From the NCBI GenBank assembly GCA_951406725.2, contig OX597823.1, forward strand, positions 75,392,001-75,456,000: a DNA stretch of 64,000 nucleotides, read 5' to 3'. This DNA comes from Octopus vulgaris (lineage: Eukaryota). Both the position numbers and the translations under genes were made by a program. Positions within the stretch are counted from its first letter, which is position 1. Every line of letters starts with the position of its first letter. Positions 40,072-54,567 of the stretch are shown here, in pieces. The notes under the pieces were generated by a model, which searched no databases, was not told the origin of the DNA, and was given only the letters and a program-made list of their open reading frames with translations.

Positions 40072-40277
40072 TATTTACTCTTTTACTTGTTTCAATCATT
40101 TTAACGCGACCATGCTGGAGCACTACCTTTAGTCGACCAAGTCAACTCCCAGGACTTATTCTTTGTAAGCATAGTACTTATTCCATCAATCTCTTTTGCT
40201 GAATCACTAATTTACGGGGACGTAAACACACCAGCATCGGTTGTCAAGCGATGTTGGGGGGACAAACACACACACAC

Positions 40278-40311
<34 letters not shown>

Positions 40312-40315
40312 GACG
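40072..40315 (-). mobile_element. SINE, family B, 3' half
   Basis: Homologous to 2985-3245. Confidence 0.85.
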
Positions 40316-40319
40316 GTCA

Positions 40320-40468
40320 TATCGCCTAATCGAATTAACCCATCATTTACTCTACAAATGTTTTCTCGTCAATGTTGCACTTTCCCGTAACACATGTTTC
40401 AACATAACTCTAATACACATTCAAACTATGCTATTTTGATCCCGAGCAACGCTAGGTATCTCTGCTAG
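40320..40468 (+). mobile_element. Helitron-like 3' end
   Basis: Imperfect cccgagcaacgctaggt hairpin followed by atctctgCTAG|t. Confidence 0.55.
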
Positions 40469-40900
40469 TATAAACACACACATACACACACACACTTTTA
40501 TGAGCATAAATGTGTGTAAATGTATATATATATATATATATATATCGATAGATAGATTTGTTCCAGATTCACTGGAGTTACTGTCAATACATTTTCCTTG
40601 TTTTGGCTAGGTACCTTAGTATCCTGATTTGCGCTTCCTGCTACCAGGTGGTAGAAGCGTTAAATTAATCATAAAATTAATGCCAGTGAAATAAGCGACT
40701 GAGATCCTAAATGCGGTGAACCATTATGCATGATTTTGATCTCTTGGATCGATAAGCGCATAAAAAAGATCTTTCCAACTTTGTACAGTAATTTTTTAGA
40801 AAATAACACGTTTAAATAGTAGAAACGTTTTACAAAGTAAGCAGTAAAGAAGATTATACGTCTGTGTGTGTTTTTATTTGAATGTGTGTGTGCTTGCGCG

Positions 40901-40971
<71 letters not shown>

Positions 40972-42556
40972 CGGTGCGTGTTTGTGTGTGTGTATATAAT
41001 AGAAAATTGCAAAGATATAAAAACGAAGAGACAAAAATATCGTTATCGTAGATGCTACATAGAGATAGTGAAAGAAAGAGAATAAGAGAAAAAGAGACAG
41101 ACAGAAAGATATAGGCAGAGAGACGGAGATCAAGAGTAAACGTAAAGAGAAACATACATTGAAGAAAAATTATAATTAACTCAATATAAAAGGGTTGATT
41201 GAGAAGCTGGTGAGAGTTACAACCAAGAAGAAAACTGAGAGATCAAGCAACCGAGAGTATAAAAGTGAGAGGTTTCAAGGAATGGACTTTAAGAGCAATA
41301 TATGGAAATATAAAGAAATGGACATTCATAAACAGAAATAATGGGAAGACGCAGACATAATGGAATGTGGGAAACCAGAAAAAATAAAGCAGGAACAGAT
41401 AAAGAGATCACACGGTGGAAAATGAGCAAAATGATGAAGAGAAGCGTTTTGTTTATGAGAGAGAAATGAGTTGAAAAGAAAATGATTAATTTCTGAGAAA
41501 GAAAACAGGAAATGGTGAATGAAAGCACAAACCGAAGACAGACGTGAAGATAGAAACTGGAAAGGAATGAAACAATAATGGTGTTGAGAAAGTGAGAGTC
41601 AGAGAGGTGGGCACCGCAGCTGGAAAATGACAGAGACAGGCCTTTTGTTTGTGAGAAGAGAATTTTAATAAAGTTTAATAAATAGAATGAAGACGAAGAA
41701 AAAATATTACAGTCAAATTACACATATTTATATCTTATTTTTATGTATATATTTTATAGTGTTTTCTCTTTTCTATTTTAACACTATTCTTTAATTTTAT
41801 TTTCAGTTATTTTATTTCATGTTTTACACTTTTTTGTTTCTTATTTAGCTTCTAGACTTTTATAAAATGTCACGACACTCTAAGCCACTTGTGGCAATGA
41901 GAATTAAAATTTCAGCTTTATTTTGAAATCTAATTTAATTAATCTATTTTAAAATACTCTAACACATACCGCTGAGAGAATAATAAAAATATTAGTAATA
42001 ATAAGATGAAGATGAAGAATTTAACGGAGAAAATAAAAGGAAATGAAGGTGAAGGAGAAGAGACGAAGAAAAAAATTAAGATGAAAGTTAGTGATGATTA
42101 AAATGATGTTGATTATTATTTCAAAGAAATAACTGTCATAAGTTGAAAAACATCTGCGTAAGTTAATTTCAATTAACTAGTGAATTACTTGTTTTTTATT
42201 ATTTTTTTTTAGATAGTTTGTTTGTGATAACACATTAGATTTTGGTAGAAAAATGTACTGATTGGTTCGCACTACAGAAAGTCAACGAGACTAAAATCTT
42301 CATATTTACGCCCTTAATGTTTTTTCTTTTTCAAATTTAAATTTCTAATCTCAGTGTATTTAATATTGCCAAACTGGCTTCAATATTAGGGGATAAAAAT
42401 AGTATTTCAGTAATGATTTCATCCTTTGTTTATCCTCTTCCCTCATATATATAGCTAGGAAATGTTCTTGTTTTAGATAAAATCATCATATTTGAGGGAG
42501 AAAATTCGGAGTATTTCGGACTAAGTAATGATTTCAATAGAAAACGCCCCAAAACA

Positions 42557-42757
42557 GCGGTGAGCTGGCAGAATCGTTAACACGCCAGTCAAAATGTTTG
42601 ACGGCAATTCATTTATCTTTACGTTCTAATTTCAAATTCCACCGAGGTCAAGTGTGCCTTTCATCCTGTCGTGGTCGATAAAATAAGTTCTAGTGGTATA
42701 CTCACGTCGGTGTAATCGACTTACTCCTTCCCTTGAAATTGTGCCAACATTTGAAAT
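42557..42757 (+). mobile_element. SINE, family A
   Basis: gcggtgagctggcagaatcgttaacacgcc..gcctttcatcctgtcgtggtcgataa. Confidence 0.85.
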
Positions 42758-43029
42758 CAACACACTAGGTTTAAAGATTGATTTACATTCAAGATTTGAT
42801 ATTGAATCCTATATATAATGTTTATTAAAATGCAACATCTACCCATTTACAATCTCGTGGAGAATGTGAAAACTGTATCTGGTCCTTTTAATGCACAAAT
42901 AAGACAAAAAGACAACTATTAATAAATGAACATTTATTTTATTTTATATTACGCAAACACATTCTCTGAATACTATCATTAATTTATAATTAAAAATTGC
43001 TGATATTTATTTCAAAGTGTGACACACGG

Positions 43030-43190
43030 ACAAAAGTTTCGGAGAAGGTGCAAAGTCGATTACATCGATCTCAATGCCAAAAGATGAGAAACAAAGCAAC
43101 CATGGTCACATTCAAACTCAAACCGTGAAGTCGTACGAAATGGCGCTAAATAAATTGCCCGGAGTGTAAACGATTCTGCCAGCTCGCCGC
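43030..43190 (-). mobile_element. SINE, family A, degenerate
   Basis: aacgattctgccagctcgccgc end. Confidence 0.7.
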
Positions 43191-44665
43191 TAATAACCGA
43201 ATAATACAATACTCCTTTTCTTATACGTAAAATTAGGTATTATCGGCTTATATGCCGTGGTGAAAGCCGTATTGCGTCCTATGGTATTTTCAAACGCTAT
43301 ACTGACATTATCTAATCAATGGCAGATCTTACCAATCGGAATATTTTCCAAGTAGATGAAAAACAAAAAGCATCAGGTGTTCGTCATTGGACGTGGGACA
43401 TACAATCCCAATCTACAAAAAAAATGAAACGGTTGCTAATCTGAGAGCTAGAATGAGAATAAAACAATCTAATCTTAGACATGCCGTCATGGCGCGGAAG
43501 CATTTTTTCCAAGAGCAAAATATACAATAATAATAAAACACTTTGAACAGATTACTATTTTCGCAGATAACCCTTTTTCTATAGCATTTTCTAATGAGTA
43601 ATTTCAAGTCAGGTTATTTCAGGTTGATGTGCCCTACGCAGCACAGAAAATTCGGTTATGTATCGGTTACACGATTGATTACTTTTCGTAACATCCTCTG
43701 GAAACTATCGTAGACTTGATAAAGCTAAAATCTTAATATCTTAATTATTAAAGATACAGTTGCTATTCCAATCTCTCCAGGTTTACTCATAAAATTAAAT
43801 TTTCTATTTATTATGGTTATATTTTCCATCGCTAGTTATCATTATACATCATACCTGTTGCTTTATATGTATATTTTCCCTGTTATTTGAACGTTAGTAA
43901 GACGATGTGTGTATATATATATAGCTATGTGCGTGAGTAATGTATGAATCTTTCTATATGTGGCAGTAAATGTGCATTGGATCTGCTTCCGGCTGTATTC
44001 CATTATAGTTTTGTTATAATTTGCTAATGAGGATCACTCATTAAAGCTAACATTTTGTGTTTGTTTTTGTGCAAATTATTTCATCAGTTTTTTTTTTTAC
44101 TATACAATTGTACGCACGTGAGTCAGCGTATATATTCATTGGTGAACACAAAAGTGTGCGCATTTGACATGTGCATGCATACATACCCACACACACACAT
44201 ATATATATCAGAGAGAGGAAGAGAGAGAGAAAAGGAGAAAGAAAGGGAGTGTGTTCTAGAAGAAAATGGAGGGCAACTTATTTTATTGTTTTAATCACCT
44301 TTTACAAGCCACCCAACCGCTTATTTTTCGATCCATTAAAGTTTCCCATCAGCATTGTGTTAAATTTAGAGAGCAAAACAGAAAAGGCAAGAAAATAAAT
44401 AACATAAATCGTAATGATAATACAAGGCATAAAGTAAAACAAACAAAAAGTAGGAGAAAATCAAATTATTTTGCGTGTACTTTCATCACTTTTTATTCAT
44501 CTTTCTCTCTTAAAACATCAACATCGATAATATTATAATCTCCCCTCCACCATTTGCAAAACAACAACAAAGATAATGACGATGATGACGCTAACAAAAA
44601 TAACAAGAATAATATTAATGATAACTCTAATGATAATAATAATAACATCTAAAACAACAGCTCTT

Positions 44666-44667
<2 letters not shown>

Positions 44668-44743
<76 letters not shown>

Positions 44744-44796
44744 GTAACAATAATAATAATAGTAATAATAGTAATAATAATAATAATAATAATAAC

Positions 44797-44846
<50 letters not shown>

Positions 44847-44856
44847 TAATAATAAT
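44668..44856. repeat. (AAT)n microsatellite
   Basis: Direct reading; source of the poly-Ile ORFs. Confidence 0.95.
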
Positions 44857-45052
44857 CTTCAGCATTGTTGCCGCAGTCGTTTTCATCAAGATCCGTACAA
44901 GCATAACGTGATCAACATTAACATGATCATAATCATCGGCATCATTAACGTCAGCAAAATCAGCATCATTATCATCATCATCACCATCACCATCATCATC
45001 ATCATCATCATTATCCTCGAGCCCATCCTTGAATTTCAATAAATATTTCTTT

Positions 45053-45053
45053 C

Positions 45054-45110
<57 letters not shown>

Positions 45111-45145
45111 TATATACGTGTGTGTGTGTGTGTGTGTGTGGATGC

Positions 45146-45191
<46 letters not shown>

Positions 45192-45247
45192 TGTGTGTAT
45201 ATATATATACATATACATACATATATGTGTGTGTGCGAATGTGTAAG

Positions 45248-45287
<40 letters not shown>

Positions 45288-45353
45288 TACACACACACAT
45301 ATATATATTTACATACATACATTCACACACACACACACACACGCACACACACG

Positions 45354-45387
<34 letters not shown>

Positions 45388-45397
45388 CATATATATA
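45053..45397. repeat. Compound (TA)n/(TG)n/(CA)n microsatellite
   Basis: Direct reading. Confidence 0.95.
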
Positions 45398-46002
45398 GTC
45401 GCTATTATTTCTATAGTTGTTTTCGTTTTCTTCGACTTACTTGAATTTTCAGATTGTAATATCAATGAATTTTTTATATATACGCTTATCATTTTACAGA
45501 AGCTCTTTCTTTACTATTTATTCTTTTATATTTTTTCTTCTTTTCCTTTCCTTTTCATATTTTCTTATATGAATATAAGGATGTATATATAAATAATGAA
45601 TACAGACATATACATATCGTTGCATATAATGCATTTCTCTGTGTGTGTATTTATATATGTATGCTAGCGCGCACACACACACACATATACATGAGTAAGC
45701 AAATACGCTGAGACTCACATACGCATACACACATAAACACACACATGTATGTATATAGATAGCTTTTGTAAATTTCTGGAAATAATAGTTTTTACAATTT
45801 ACAGCATGTTTGCATAATTTCTTTATAATTCAAAATTGATATATTTGCCTCACATGTTAACAGATTGGATTTATTAGAAAATTAATGAAAAGCTTGCCTA
45901 TTATAAACACGCAGGATGCATTTATGCATACATTCACGTACACATACGCATACACGCACTCTCCACACACATTTCACCAAGCAACGCCAGATTTATCATT
46001 AC

Positions 46003-46110
<108 letters not shown>

Positions 46111-46629
46111 TTGGTGGTGTTTTCGTAGTAGCAAAATCAGCTGAGGCAAATCTAGCTGTCACACATTTAAGAGAAAGTTTGTTTCTAATTTCGATATCGG
46201 TTTCGAGTTAAGCGGAATTAGACTTCGACCATGAAATCAAGAGAAGTAATCGGTTGTCATCCTTCAATATTTATTTTTATCATTTTGTATTGAATAATTA
46301 TTCGCGCAATTATATTAAAACAAATATTTTTTCCTTCCGATTAGGTACACTCCGTATAATATGGAATTCAGTTTTGACTTTAATATCAACGATAATTCGA
46401 TCTCGAGAATCATCATATTTTGAATAATTCAACCAGTAGGTAACAGAAAATCAAGCATACACGCACTCAGTTGTGCATACATGATGAATGATATTTGCTG
46501 TGAGAAACTGGTAAATTTTCTTGAGCTGTTAATTTATTCGACAATATATGAGAATCCAGCTACATTTTACCTCATTCCCACCTGAATGTGTCTCTGAATA
46601 TATATTTTACATACATAGGCACATTCGAG

Positions 46630-46683
<54 letters not shown>

Positions 46684-46689
46684 GTATAC

Positions 46690-46850
46690 CTGTAAATGTA
46701 ATATGTGACAATTATTCGTTAGCCATGATAAAACTCCGAGTTTCGGATGCCGAGGTGGGAATCAACGCCGCCGTCTCTTCAGTTATCCAGCTATGGCTAC
46801 CGAATAATTGTCAGAAATTACATTTACAGATAAATTCCTCTACTTACAAA
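46690..46850. mobile_element. Penelope-like non-coding element with inverted arms enclosing an HHR
   Basis: ctgtaaatgtaatatgtgacaattattcgttagccat and atggctaccgaataattgtcagaaattacatttacag are inverted; same family as 391-983. Confidence 0.75.
46727..46787 (-). ncRNA. Type I hammerhead ribozyme, intact core
   Basis: Minus strand reads gataa-CTGAAGA-[imperfect GC-rich stem II]-GAAA-CT(cgg)AG-TT-ttatc, with a 5-bp stem I. Confidence 0.7.
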
Positions 46851-46855
46851 AATCG

Positions 46856-46891
<36 letters not shown>

Positions 46892-46908
46892 ATATATATA
46901 AATATATA

Positions 46909-47070
46909 TACGACAGGCTTCTTTCTCTTTCCGTCTACCAAATCCACTCACAAGGTGTTGCTGTGTTCTAGGTTATAGTAGAAGACACTTGCCCAATGTA
47001 CCACGCAGTGGGACCGAATCCAGAACCATGTAGTTGGTTAGCAAGTTACTTACTACATAACCACTCCTGG
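46909..47070 (-). mobile_element. SINE, family B, 5' half
   Basis: ccgtctaccaaatccactcacaagg..agaagacacttgccc..accacgcagtgggacc. Confidence 0.85.
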
Positions 47071-47135
47071 GCATACATATATATATAACATATAAACATA
47101 AACTGATACGCTCACGCACACACAATTTCACACAC

Positions 47136-47213
<78 letters not shown>

Positions 47214-47390
47214 AGGGCTTAGTAAAATAAATTACTTTGCCACATACTGAACTCATTAGAAATAGCAGCTAAATAAATTTCTTCAGCTATTTCTAATACT
47301 TAAAGAAGATCTCTCTCAGATAGTGTTTGCCTAAACCAACTCACAAAGGTATGGGGGAAAAACATTAAAAAATCAAGTGCAAAGGTTATT

Positions 47391-47442
47391 TGAGAACGTA
47401 CGTTTCTAGATTAGTCAATTCGACATTTCTTTCGTCAGCTCA
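47391..47442 (-). ncRNA. Type I hammerhead ribozyme (mirror copy)
   Basis: Reverse complement of 47958-48009. Confidence 0.7.
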
Positions 47443-47957
47443 GAATTCCTTGAATCGGATTTGGGAACACTGAAAGTGGGAGCATACCCTTTCGGCTTCT
47501 TATCACCTCTAGAATTCTGCTCGAACTAAAAGTGCTATCAAATTCAAATATGCAAGCGAAGAATTTCTGTTCTCCCCTGTCCACCAGCGTGGGTTGTATT
47601 TGATAGCACTTTTAGTCCGAGCAGAATTCTAGAGGTGATAAGAAGCCAAAAGGGTATGCCTAAAATGGTCCCTTTACATACTGAATACTTGGTGAAATTG
47701 ATTAATAATTAATTAATTTTACCCTCAATTGTTGAAATTATAATTCCTCTCTCTCTGTTAAATACTGCGGTTTTCACCGATAATACATGGTGTTTGTCAA
47801 TTTTAACCCTGGCTGGTGGAAAGGGGAGAGCAGAAATTCTTCGCTTGCATATTTGAATTTGATAGCACTTTTAGTTCGAGCAGAATTCTAGAGGTGATAA
47901 GAAGCCGAAAGGGTATGCTCCCACTTTCAGTTTTCCCAAATCCGATTCAAGGAATTC

Positions 47958-48009
47958 TGAGCTGACGAAAGAAATGTCGAATTGACTAATCTAGAAACGT
48001 ACGTTCTCA
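47958..48009 (+). ncRNA. Type I hammerhead ribozyme, intact core
   Basis: tgag-CTGACGA-a-aga.aat.gtc(gaatt)gac.taa.tct-a-GAAA-CGTACG-TT-ctca; palindromic stem III AACGTACGTT. Confidence 0.72.
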
Positions 48010-48287
48010 AATAACCTTTGCACTTGATTTTTTAATGTTTTTCCTCCATACCTTTGTGAGTTGGTTTAGGCAAACACTATCTGAGAGAGATCTTCTTTAA
48101 GTATTAGAAATAGCTGAAGAAATTTCTTTAGCTGCTATTTCTAATGAGTTCAGTATGTGGCAAAGTAATTTATTTTACTAAGCCCTTATATATAATGTAA
48201 TATTTTGAATTCGCCTAAAATGGTCCCTTTACATACTGAATACTTGGTGAAATTGATTAATAATTAATTAATTTTACCCTCAATTGT

Positions 48288-48379
<92 letters not shown>

Positions 48380-48967
48380 TTTGAATGCTTGTGTGTGAGT
48401 GGAGAGAGAAAGAGTATGAGATAAAAAAACACACACATTGTCAGTATGATGCGTTATATAATATACATACATCTTGAGAGATTAGCAGACATAATTTACG
48501 TTAAGTATACAGCCCGCTTATACGAGTGAATATTTCCTCTGAAATTGGTGGTAGCGGGATGCAAGTAATATACTAATGTACATTTAGACCCCTATGTTCC
48601 CAATAACAAACCTTAACAAAGTTAAGGTAATATTTTAAAAAAATTAGTAAAGCATCCAATGAGAAACGAGACAAGCAAACGAAATGTCTTTCCGTTATTA
48701 CTTTACTTCTTTTTACATAGTTTCGGATATCATTATGCTTTATTGACAACGTTATAAGTTTGGTATAAGTTACGATAGCTTTCACGTTGCTCATTCTTGC
48801 GTTGCGTTTTACAGTTTACATCACAGATTCCAGTCACTGTAGCAAAACTGTTTTTAGCTCCTTCCCTTGTATTCCTTCTAGAGAGAGAGAGAGAGAGATA
48901 GAAGGAGAGGCATATACACTCACACAGATACACACGCACACACATACACACATACACACACACGCAT

Positions 48968-49010
<43 letters not shown>

Positions 49011-49519
49011 CAAATAAACAGATATACGTATGCGTACACAGAGAAACACAATAACACACATATGTAGTAATACGCTTATATACAAATATAAAAAAACATA
49101 CATGCACACACATTATTCATTCGGGTGAAACGGAAGAAAGTAGGCATAGATTAGATTAAAGCAGAGAAAGTTATTTTATATATGATACTTAGATGATGAC
49201 TCACATGCAGTACTAGGGACTTTCCGCAAGAGAGAGACATAGAAAAATCCGACTTACGACCATTAATCTAGAAACTTGCTATTATAAATCAATTTATATG
49301 TGAAGGCATCATTGTAACTGTGTATTATTCATAGAATTATCGAACCTATACAAAACCTTAGTAAGTTTTTACTGCCAAATTCATCGAATTGCCGCATGTT
49401 TGCATGTGTAGCAGGTAGCGTGGTAGACCTCAAATTAAATCTATGATATAAATGGGTATTTCATATAGCGATTAACTACGTGTGTGATAGGGTATATCAT
49501 TGAAATGTGCATTTCAATG

Positions 49520-49524
49520 TGTAT

Positions 49525-49595
<71 letters not shown>

Positions 49596-49656
49596 CATAT
49601 ATACATATATACATATAAATATACATATATACATATATACATATATACATATATAT

Positions 49657-49730
<74 letters not shown>
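49520..49730. repeat. (TACA)n/(TA)n microsatellite
   Basis: Direct reading. Confidence 0.95.
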
Positions 49731-50059
49731 TGAAATGTAAATAAAAGATCCAAAGATCTAGGACTAGAAGGTTAGGAAGTTTCAGCAGTCTGCTGTAGGT
49801 ATAACAAACAGCTTTCAGGAACAATAATAGTTTCTTGGCGTAGATGAGTGTACGTTTTTCCCATGTCGATGTTCGATTAGGAAATAATCATATACTTCTT
49901 TTAAAACTTTTGCGTTAGCGTTTCCTTCGATTGAAATGTTAAAACAGCTAACGTCTTAAATGGAACTCTAGATTTACAAAAAAAAAACCTATTCTATCTG
50001 TAATGTAAACACAAAGAGAACATTAACTACGTTAACTTTTCTTTAATTCACTCACCTCT

Positions 50060-50780
50060 TATCTTAAAATCCATCGTGCACAACGTTTCTCATAGGATAT
50101 CTTACTTATCCGCAAGAAATGAAATATTCGCGCAATACGCTGAATATTGCAATTGCGCCCTACACCGCGCAGATATAAAAATCCGATTAAATACCTCCTG
50201 GTATGTGTGTTCATTTCTCCGCTGAACCTCGCAACACAGATACATTCGCACCTTCCCCAATCCTCCAAAATGTTAATGCAGTAGTAAACAGAGTAATCAT
50301 TCTTCTCTCCCTGTGATCTTGGATTCCAAATCTGTTGCTGTCCGTCGAAATTCTTATCAGCACGCCCTTATCATGGAATAAGCAGACCAGGTCACGTGAC
50401 ATCTGAACAATAAAGAAATTGGAACCAGCAATTAGCTAACTTTAATCACGTTAGCACAACTCACCCTAACATCCAACACCCTGCCAATAACCGTAGGTCA
50501 TCCTTAAGCCTCCTTATCAACACCGAACTGCATGACAGCAGCCTTAATCCTAATACAATTAAACAACCTACTGATCCGTCTAGGTCCACCACCAGAGAGA
50601 TAACATCATTAGTCATGAGAACGACTCCTTCACCACTGTAAAACATACCATTCCTAACACCGCGATGAATAACGCATATAACACTAGGTTAAACCCAGGT
50701 AATCATAACCCCACAAAACTCCACTTTAACTTGTACTAAAATCCTATGCAGCTGTAGACAACCCACCTTCTGTCCCTTGG
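50060..50780 (-). mobile_element. Highly degraded LINE APE-endonuclease fragment
   Basis: A GC-richer block. The minus strand gives GCLIVL..RL and a frameshifted RRYL-(N)RIF resembling the APE YLDRIF motif. Confidence 0.4.
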
Positions 50781-51893
50781 ATAATAGATGTCTCACAAAA
50801 TATATTGTATTTTGTACGTAGTGATGAATATAATTTTTTACATTATTATATTTAATATAAACATTGTAACCTTTAGGATAATGTAATACATATTATGCAT
50901 TTTTAGTAAACTGTTTGAATATGAGAATTATGTTCACGGTGTTAATTAACACGTGATTTAGTCTTAGCTCTTAATCGCCTGAATGTTAGCAGTTTTTTTA
51001 CTTGCCTTTTCGTGTACCTATAACACGGAATTTTCTTAGCTACGTGTATATTTACTTGTTTGTCCATTATTACCCTCACTCAAATTTCTATTTGCTATCT
51101 ACGATGTAAAATTCGACTACATTTTAGAAGGTCTTTTATATTATTCTTATGTAACATCTGTACTAGTTGTCTCCCCTTAATTATAAAGAAAAGTATTTTG
51201 TTTGACTGCATGTACCTATTTATCTATTTATTCTTTCTTATGTGAGGTCGAGAAGTTTCAGAAGGCTATGAGCGGCCTCGCACCACTTATATCATAGCCT
51301 TCTCCCCCTCACCCTTTATTTACATATTTTTCTTTTTTGTTTTTATTTACATATCCACTTAAATGGTTTTACCTTTTGCCCTTGGTTCAAATATAATAGA
51401 CCAATTGTTGACATGTATAGACTTCGGTCTATTCAATTGCAGACAACAAGCGGTGTTCTCTGTAATGTTTCAGTAAGTAGACTATTATAATTACCTATCG
51501 TATCGTTTTGGATAAATATCAGCTAACGATATTCACGATAACATATGTGCTGCTCTCTTTCTAGACGTTTGTAATTTTGTTGTATTATTTTTTTGCTAAC
51601 TTCTTTTCACAATTTTGAAAATATCTTGTTTCCTCCTTTAAATGGAAATAACCCGAAAATATTTTTCCCTAGACCATTGCTGGATTACTCTTTTGCCTAC
51701 TGACTTCGAAGTCCTATGATTGAAGATTGTATGATTTGAATATATTTAGACCTAAAGCCTTCTTCTCTAGGTCATGTTTTCTTTCCTATTCCCTCTTTCT
51801 TTTTGTTTTATTTTCTGGACGCTTTTTTATTCACTCTGTTGAAGCTCCATGTTCTGGTTCGAATATTCTTTGAAAATGAAGAATATTATTTTC

Positions 51894-51949
51894 GCAATTC
51901 TTTCGAAGGCACTGACTGACATCGGGACCGGAAACGGCTGTAAGAATTG
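51894..51949 (+). ncRNA. Decayed hammerhead motif
   Basis: The 7-bp stem I caattct/agaattg and GAAA-CGGCTG-TA are retained, but the CUGANGA box is corrupted. Confidence 0.35.
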
Positions 51950-52224
51950 TTATGTCACATACATGTTATATCATATTTTGTACTAAATAATATGCTACAG
52001 ATTTGATCCAATTGCTTTGTTTGTTGAGCTAAATTTTTCTCCAATTTCTAATTATTTTAATTTGATTCCTGATCGACTTTTGTGTATTCTGATTTTACAT
52101 ATTCTCTACGAGGATAGTGTGCCTGCATACCCATGTCCAGACATAACACGGGTAATTGATACCGATAGTAAATACGGCTATTTTATCCCTTAGTCGGTTA
52201 CTATAAACACTAACTCTGCTTGCT

Positions 52225-52288
<64 letters not shown>

Positions 52289-52309
52289 CATACACACACA
52301 TGCACACAT

Positions 52310-52352
<43 letters not shown>

Positions 52353-54492
52353 TTTACATATATACCTATAGACATGAAGAAACGTAAATACATATATGCA
52401 TGCAAGTATGTATATTTCATTGTGCGATTGGATAACATACATGTGATAAATTAAAAATTATTAATTAACTATTTGCATCTCGCACGGATATTAATCTTAC
52501 TTCCATCCACAAGAGAGGCAATCAGACAGTAAGACATGAACTATGAACTGGCTGTTCAATACGTTCTGAAGGTCTTCGCTCTTTCCCCACAAACCCATTA
52601 ATTAGATATTTTTAATGATAGTTTTATGATTATATTCAGCTCAGTTCATATTGTGAGAGTTACACTAAAAACGATTAAAGCTCCTGCTAGTATTGTATCA
52701 TATAAGTTTCAACCGTGCAGCAGCGTTAATACACATCTTACAGCGTTTGAATACTTTTAGCCTGTTTTTGCCCATTACTCGATAATGAGACTATCATATT
52801 ATTTTCTCTTGAAAAGGATGATAAAATAAAAAGTTGTTGCCATTATTAGCTAAAGGGAAATTAATTGGTTTTCTTAGAGAGGAGGTATCAGGAACAAAAA
52901 AAACAACAAATATAGACAGGAATGAAGAAGTAGAGAAATTGTCAAGGGGTGATGTGCTTTATAATCAGTATTAAAGGTACAATCGTTGTCAACATTAACA
53001 CAATCATAATCATTCTATACGCCACAGTCGTATCGCCGTCGACATCGCAGTCACCACCGCTACAAATAAGAGCAGCACCATTAGCAATAATGCTATAAAA
53101 CACAATCTCCACCACCATCAGTAATGACTCTAAGATCACTTTGAAAATGAAAATCATCATCATAATCGATACCATCATTATCATCCTGAAGTTATTTATC
53201 ACCAATTGTAGCTAAGCATTTGAATAGCTTTCATCCTTGCCACAACAACGAAACTGCATTATAGCTATAACGAGGTAACTTCAACCTGCAATTAGTTGCA
53301 AGGAAACTTCACTAAATACTAATCACCAGTTATCGGAATTGTTTAGCAGGAATCATAAACTAAGTAAGAACAGTAGACGAACCAAATAAGTGATGATGTT
53401 TCTGTTTACAAACGGAAATATATTCATTATTTTTTTTTACAAGTGCAGCAATGAAAGTAAATGTGTACGCCGCTGGCTTGGTAACACATATATAGGTATA
53501 TGCCATACAAAAGTTTGGTGGTTTACGAACGATATCAAGAAACGATGTTCACACATAATGCAGAAACAGACATAAGTTGTTTTAGAGGAAACGTATTATC
53601 GATTGCGTTTGAAGTAGGGAAAAAGAGAGAAACGTTCATGTGTACACATAACTATTGCAGGACAATCGTTTGTTCGAATTCGTCGCTTTCCAACAAAATT
53701 TGTCTCCTCAGCAAGTCACATCGTTGAAAAAATGCACACACTAATGATGTACTTCAATTGATGAAATCACATGTTCGTGTAGAACGCACGTATGACAGCG
53801 TTTTATTCTGTAAAATTCAGTTTCCTCAAAATGGTGGAGTAATTTATAATGCATACCAGGAAGAAATTTCAGGAACCAGGGTTGAAAAATGTTAAATATG
53901 TCTTGGAAATTTCGGACGTAAAATATTTTGAAATAAATCTCATCCGAAGTACTTAATCACTTTCAATATAATATTCAGGTAAACTTATATAAGTTGTTAC
54001 TATATATGGTGAACACGCAACATTCAAAAGTCTTTTTTTTACTAAGATGTCTTTAAATCCCAAGGATTACACTAAAGCTATGAATTTGATTGATCAGTCG
54101 ATGAATCATAAAACTGTCTGTAATGTTCAATACGAAATCATAATATAATCCAACAAAGATTGTCAGCGCAGGTCAAAGAAATCAGTACTTAACAACAACT
54201 GACATAACATATGATGAAATATCTAGTTACATATTAACTCAAACACGTACTGCCGCACATACGCAATAAAGCACAAATACAGATACATAAAGATATACTT
54301 GTTCGTTTATTTCCTTTCTATACTTCTGTTTACATATTTTCGTATATAAATACTTTATATACAAATGTGAGTAAACATATGTATAGATATATTTGTCTTT
54401 ATTTGTGTATATTATAGATGTGGTAGCATGTGCATTATTTATACATACATTCATATATATACATATTTATATATATAAAGACACACATATAT

Positions 54493-54559
<67 letters not shown>

Positions 54560-54567
<8 letters not shown>

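Larger units (their letters stand above)
47205..48290. mobile_element. Penelope-like pseudo-LTR complex with a long inverted repeat (arms about 47205-47588 and 47812-48196)
   Basis: The arms are about 385 bp and nearly identical. The spacer contains direct copies of 47857-47918 and 48213-48290. Both ends abut (TA)n. Confidence 0.85.

Noticed and set aside
49770-49825. Minus-strand CTGAAAG...GAAAC
   Set aside because: The core lacks G8/A9, and stems I and III do not form
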